Shown one piece after another: positions 33,704-33,747 of a stretch of 33,747 nucleotides of DNA. Position 1 is the first letter of the stretch; each line of letters starts with the position of its first letter. This DNA comes from Nanobdellota archaeon (lineage in GTDB: Archaea > Nanobdellota > Nanobdellia > Pacearchaeales > GW2011-AR1): contig JBBSXF010000050.1 in assembly GCA_038045905.1 (NCBI GenBank), forward strand, positions 1 through 33,747, given 5' to 3'. The notes beneath the pieces were generated by a model. The model was not told the DNA's origin and ran no database searches. It saw only the letters and a program-made list of their open reading frames with translations. The translations under genes and the position numbers were made by a program.

Positions 33704-33747
33704 GATAAACGTCACGTTTATATACTGAATCTTCTTTGCACTTTGGA

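Overview
AT-rich (roughly 30% GC by eye), densely packed archaeal chromosomal fragment. It is most consistent with a small-genome DPANN-type archaeon (Woese-/Pace-/Nanoarchaeota-like). Support for an archaeal origin: archaeal/eukaryal-type PheRS alpha and beta, TrpRS, ThrRS with the archaeal N-terminal editing domain, an archaeal short UMP kinase, an RNase P Rpp30-like subunit, and a tRNA-Thr(GGU) interrupted by a 70-nt intron at the canonical 37/38 position. Most genes have a TTTATAAA/TTTAAATA box about 25 nt upstream of the ATG, which suggests leaderless mRNAs. Housekeeping content: pheT-ASCH-HIT-GNAT-MazG-MazG-pheS-HD-rnp3 minus-strand string, pyrH, ppsA, ferredoxin, trpS, thrS. Accessory content worth attention: (1) A 3.7-kb block lies between lemA and an M48/HtpX protease gene. 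It carries a NYN/LabA-like PIN nuclease, a bacterial-type RecQ helicase with C-terminal HTH domains, a truncated wHTH paralog and two unknown overlapping ORFs. (2) A second NYN paralog is translationally coupled (ATGA overlap) to an unknown 168-aa protein. Both NYN genes sit behind GC-rich hairpins in their upstream regions. (3) A 14-17-nt motif (TTTTCTACCACGTT / TGGTAGAAAATAGGAAA) occurs as tandem pairs in inverted orientation at 24.47 kb and 29.85 kb. The two sites bracket 5.4 kb. (4) A degenerate type IV pilus-like locus holds a class III signal-peptide pilin with a Cys-rich domain and an N-terminal-only PilB/FlaI-like ATPase fragment. (5) Several decayed or degenerate enzyme folds are present: a PP-loop-less NcsA/TtuA-like protein, a cyclase-like tail on a 668-aa surface protein, and an HD-GYP-like protein. 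(6) There is a bacterial-type SleB-like cell-wall hydrolase. (7) There is a RelE/ParE-like toxin pair. No CRISPR array, rRNA or recognisable transposase was seen.
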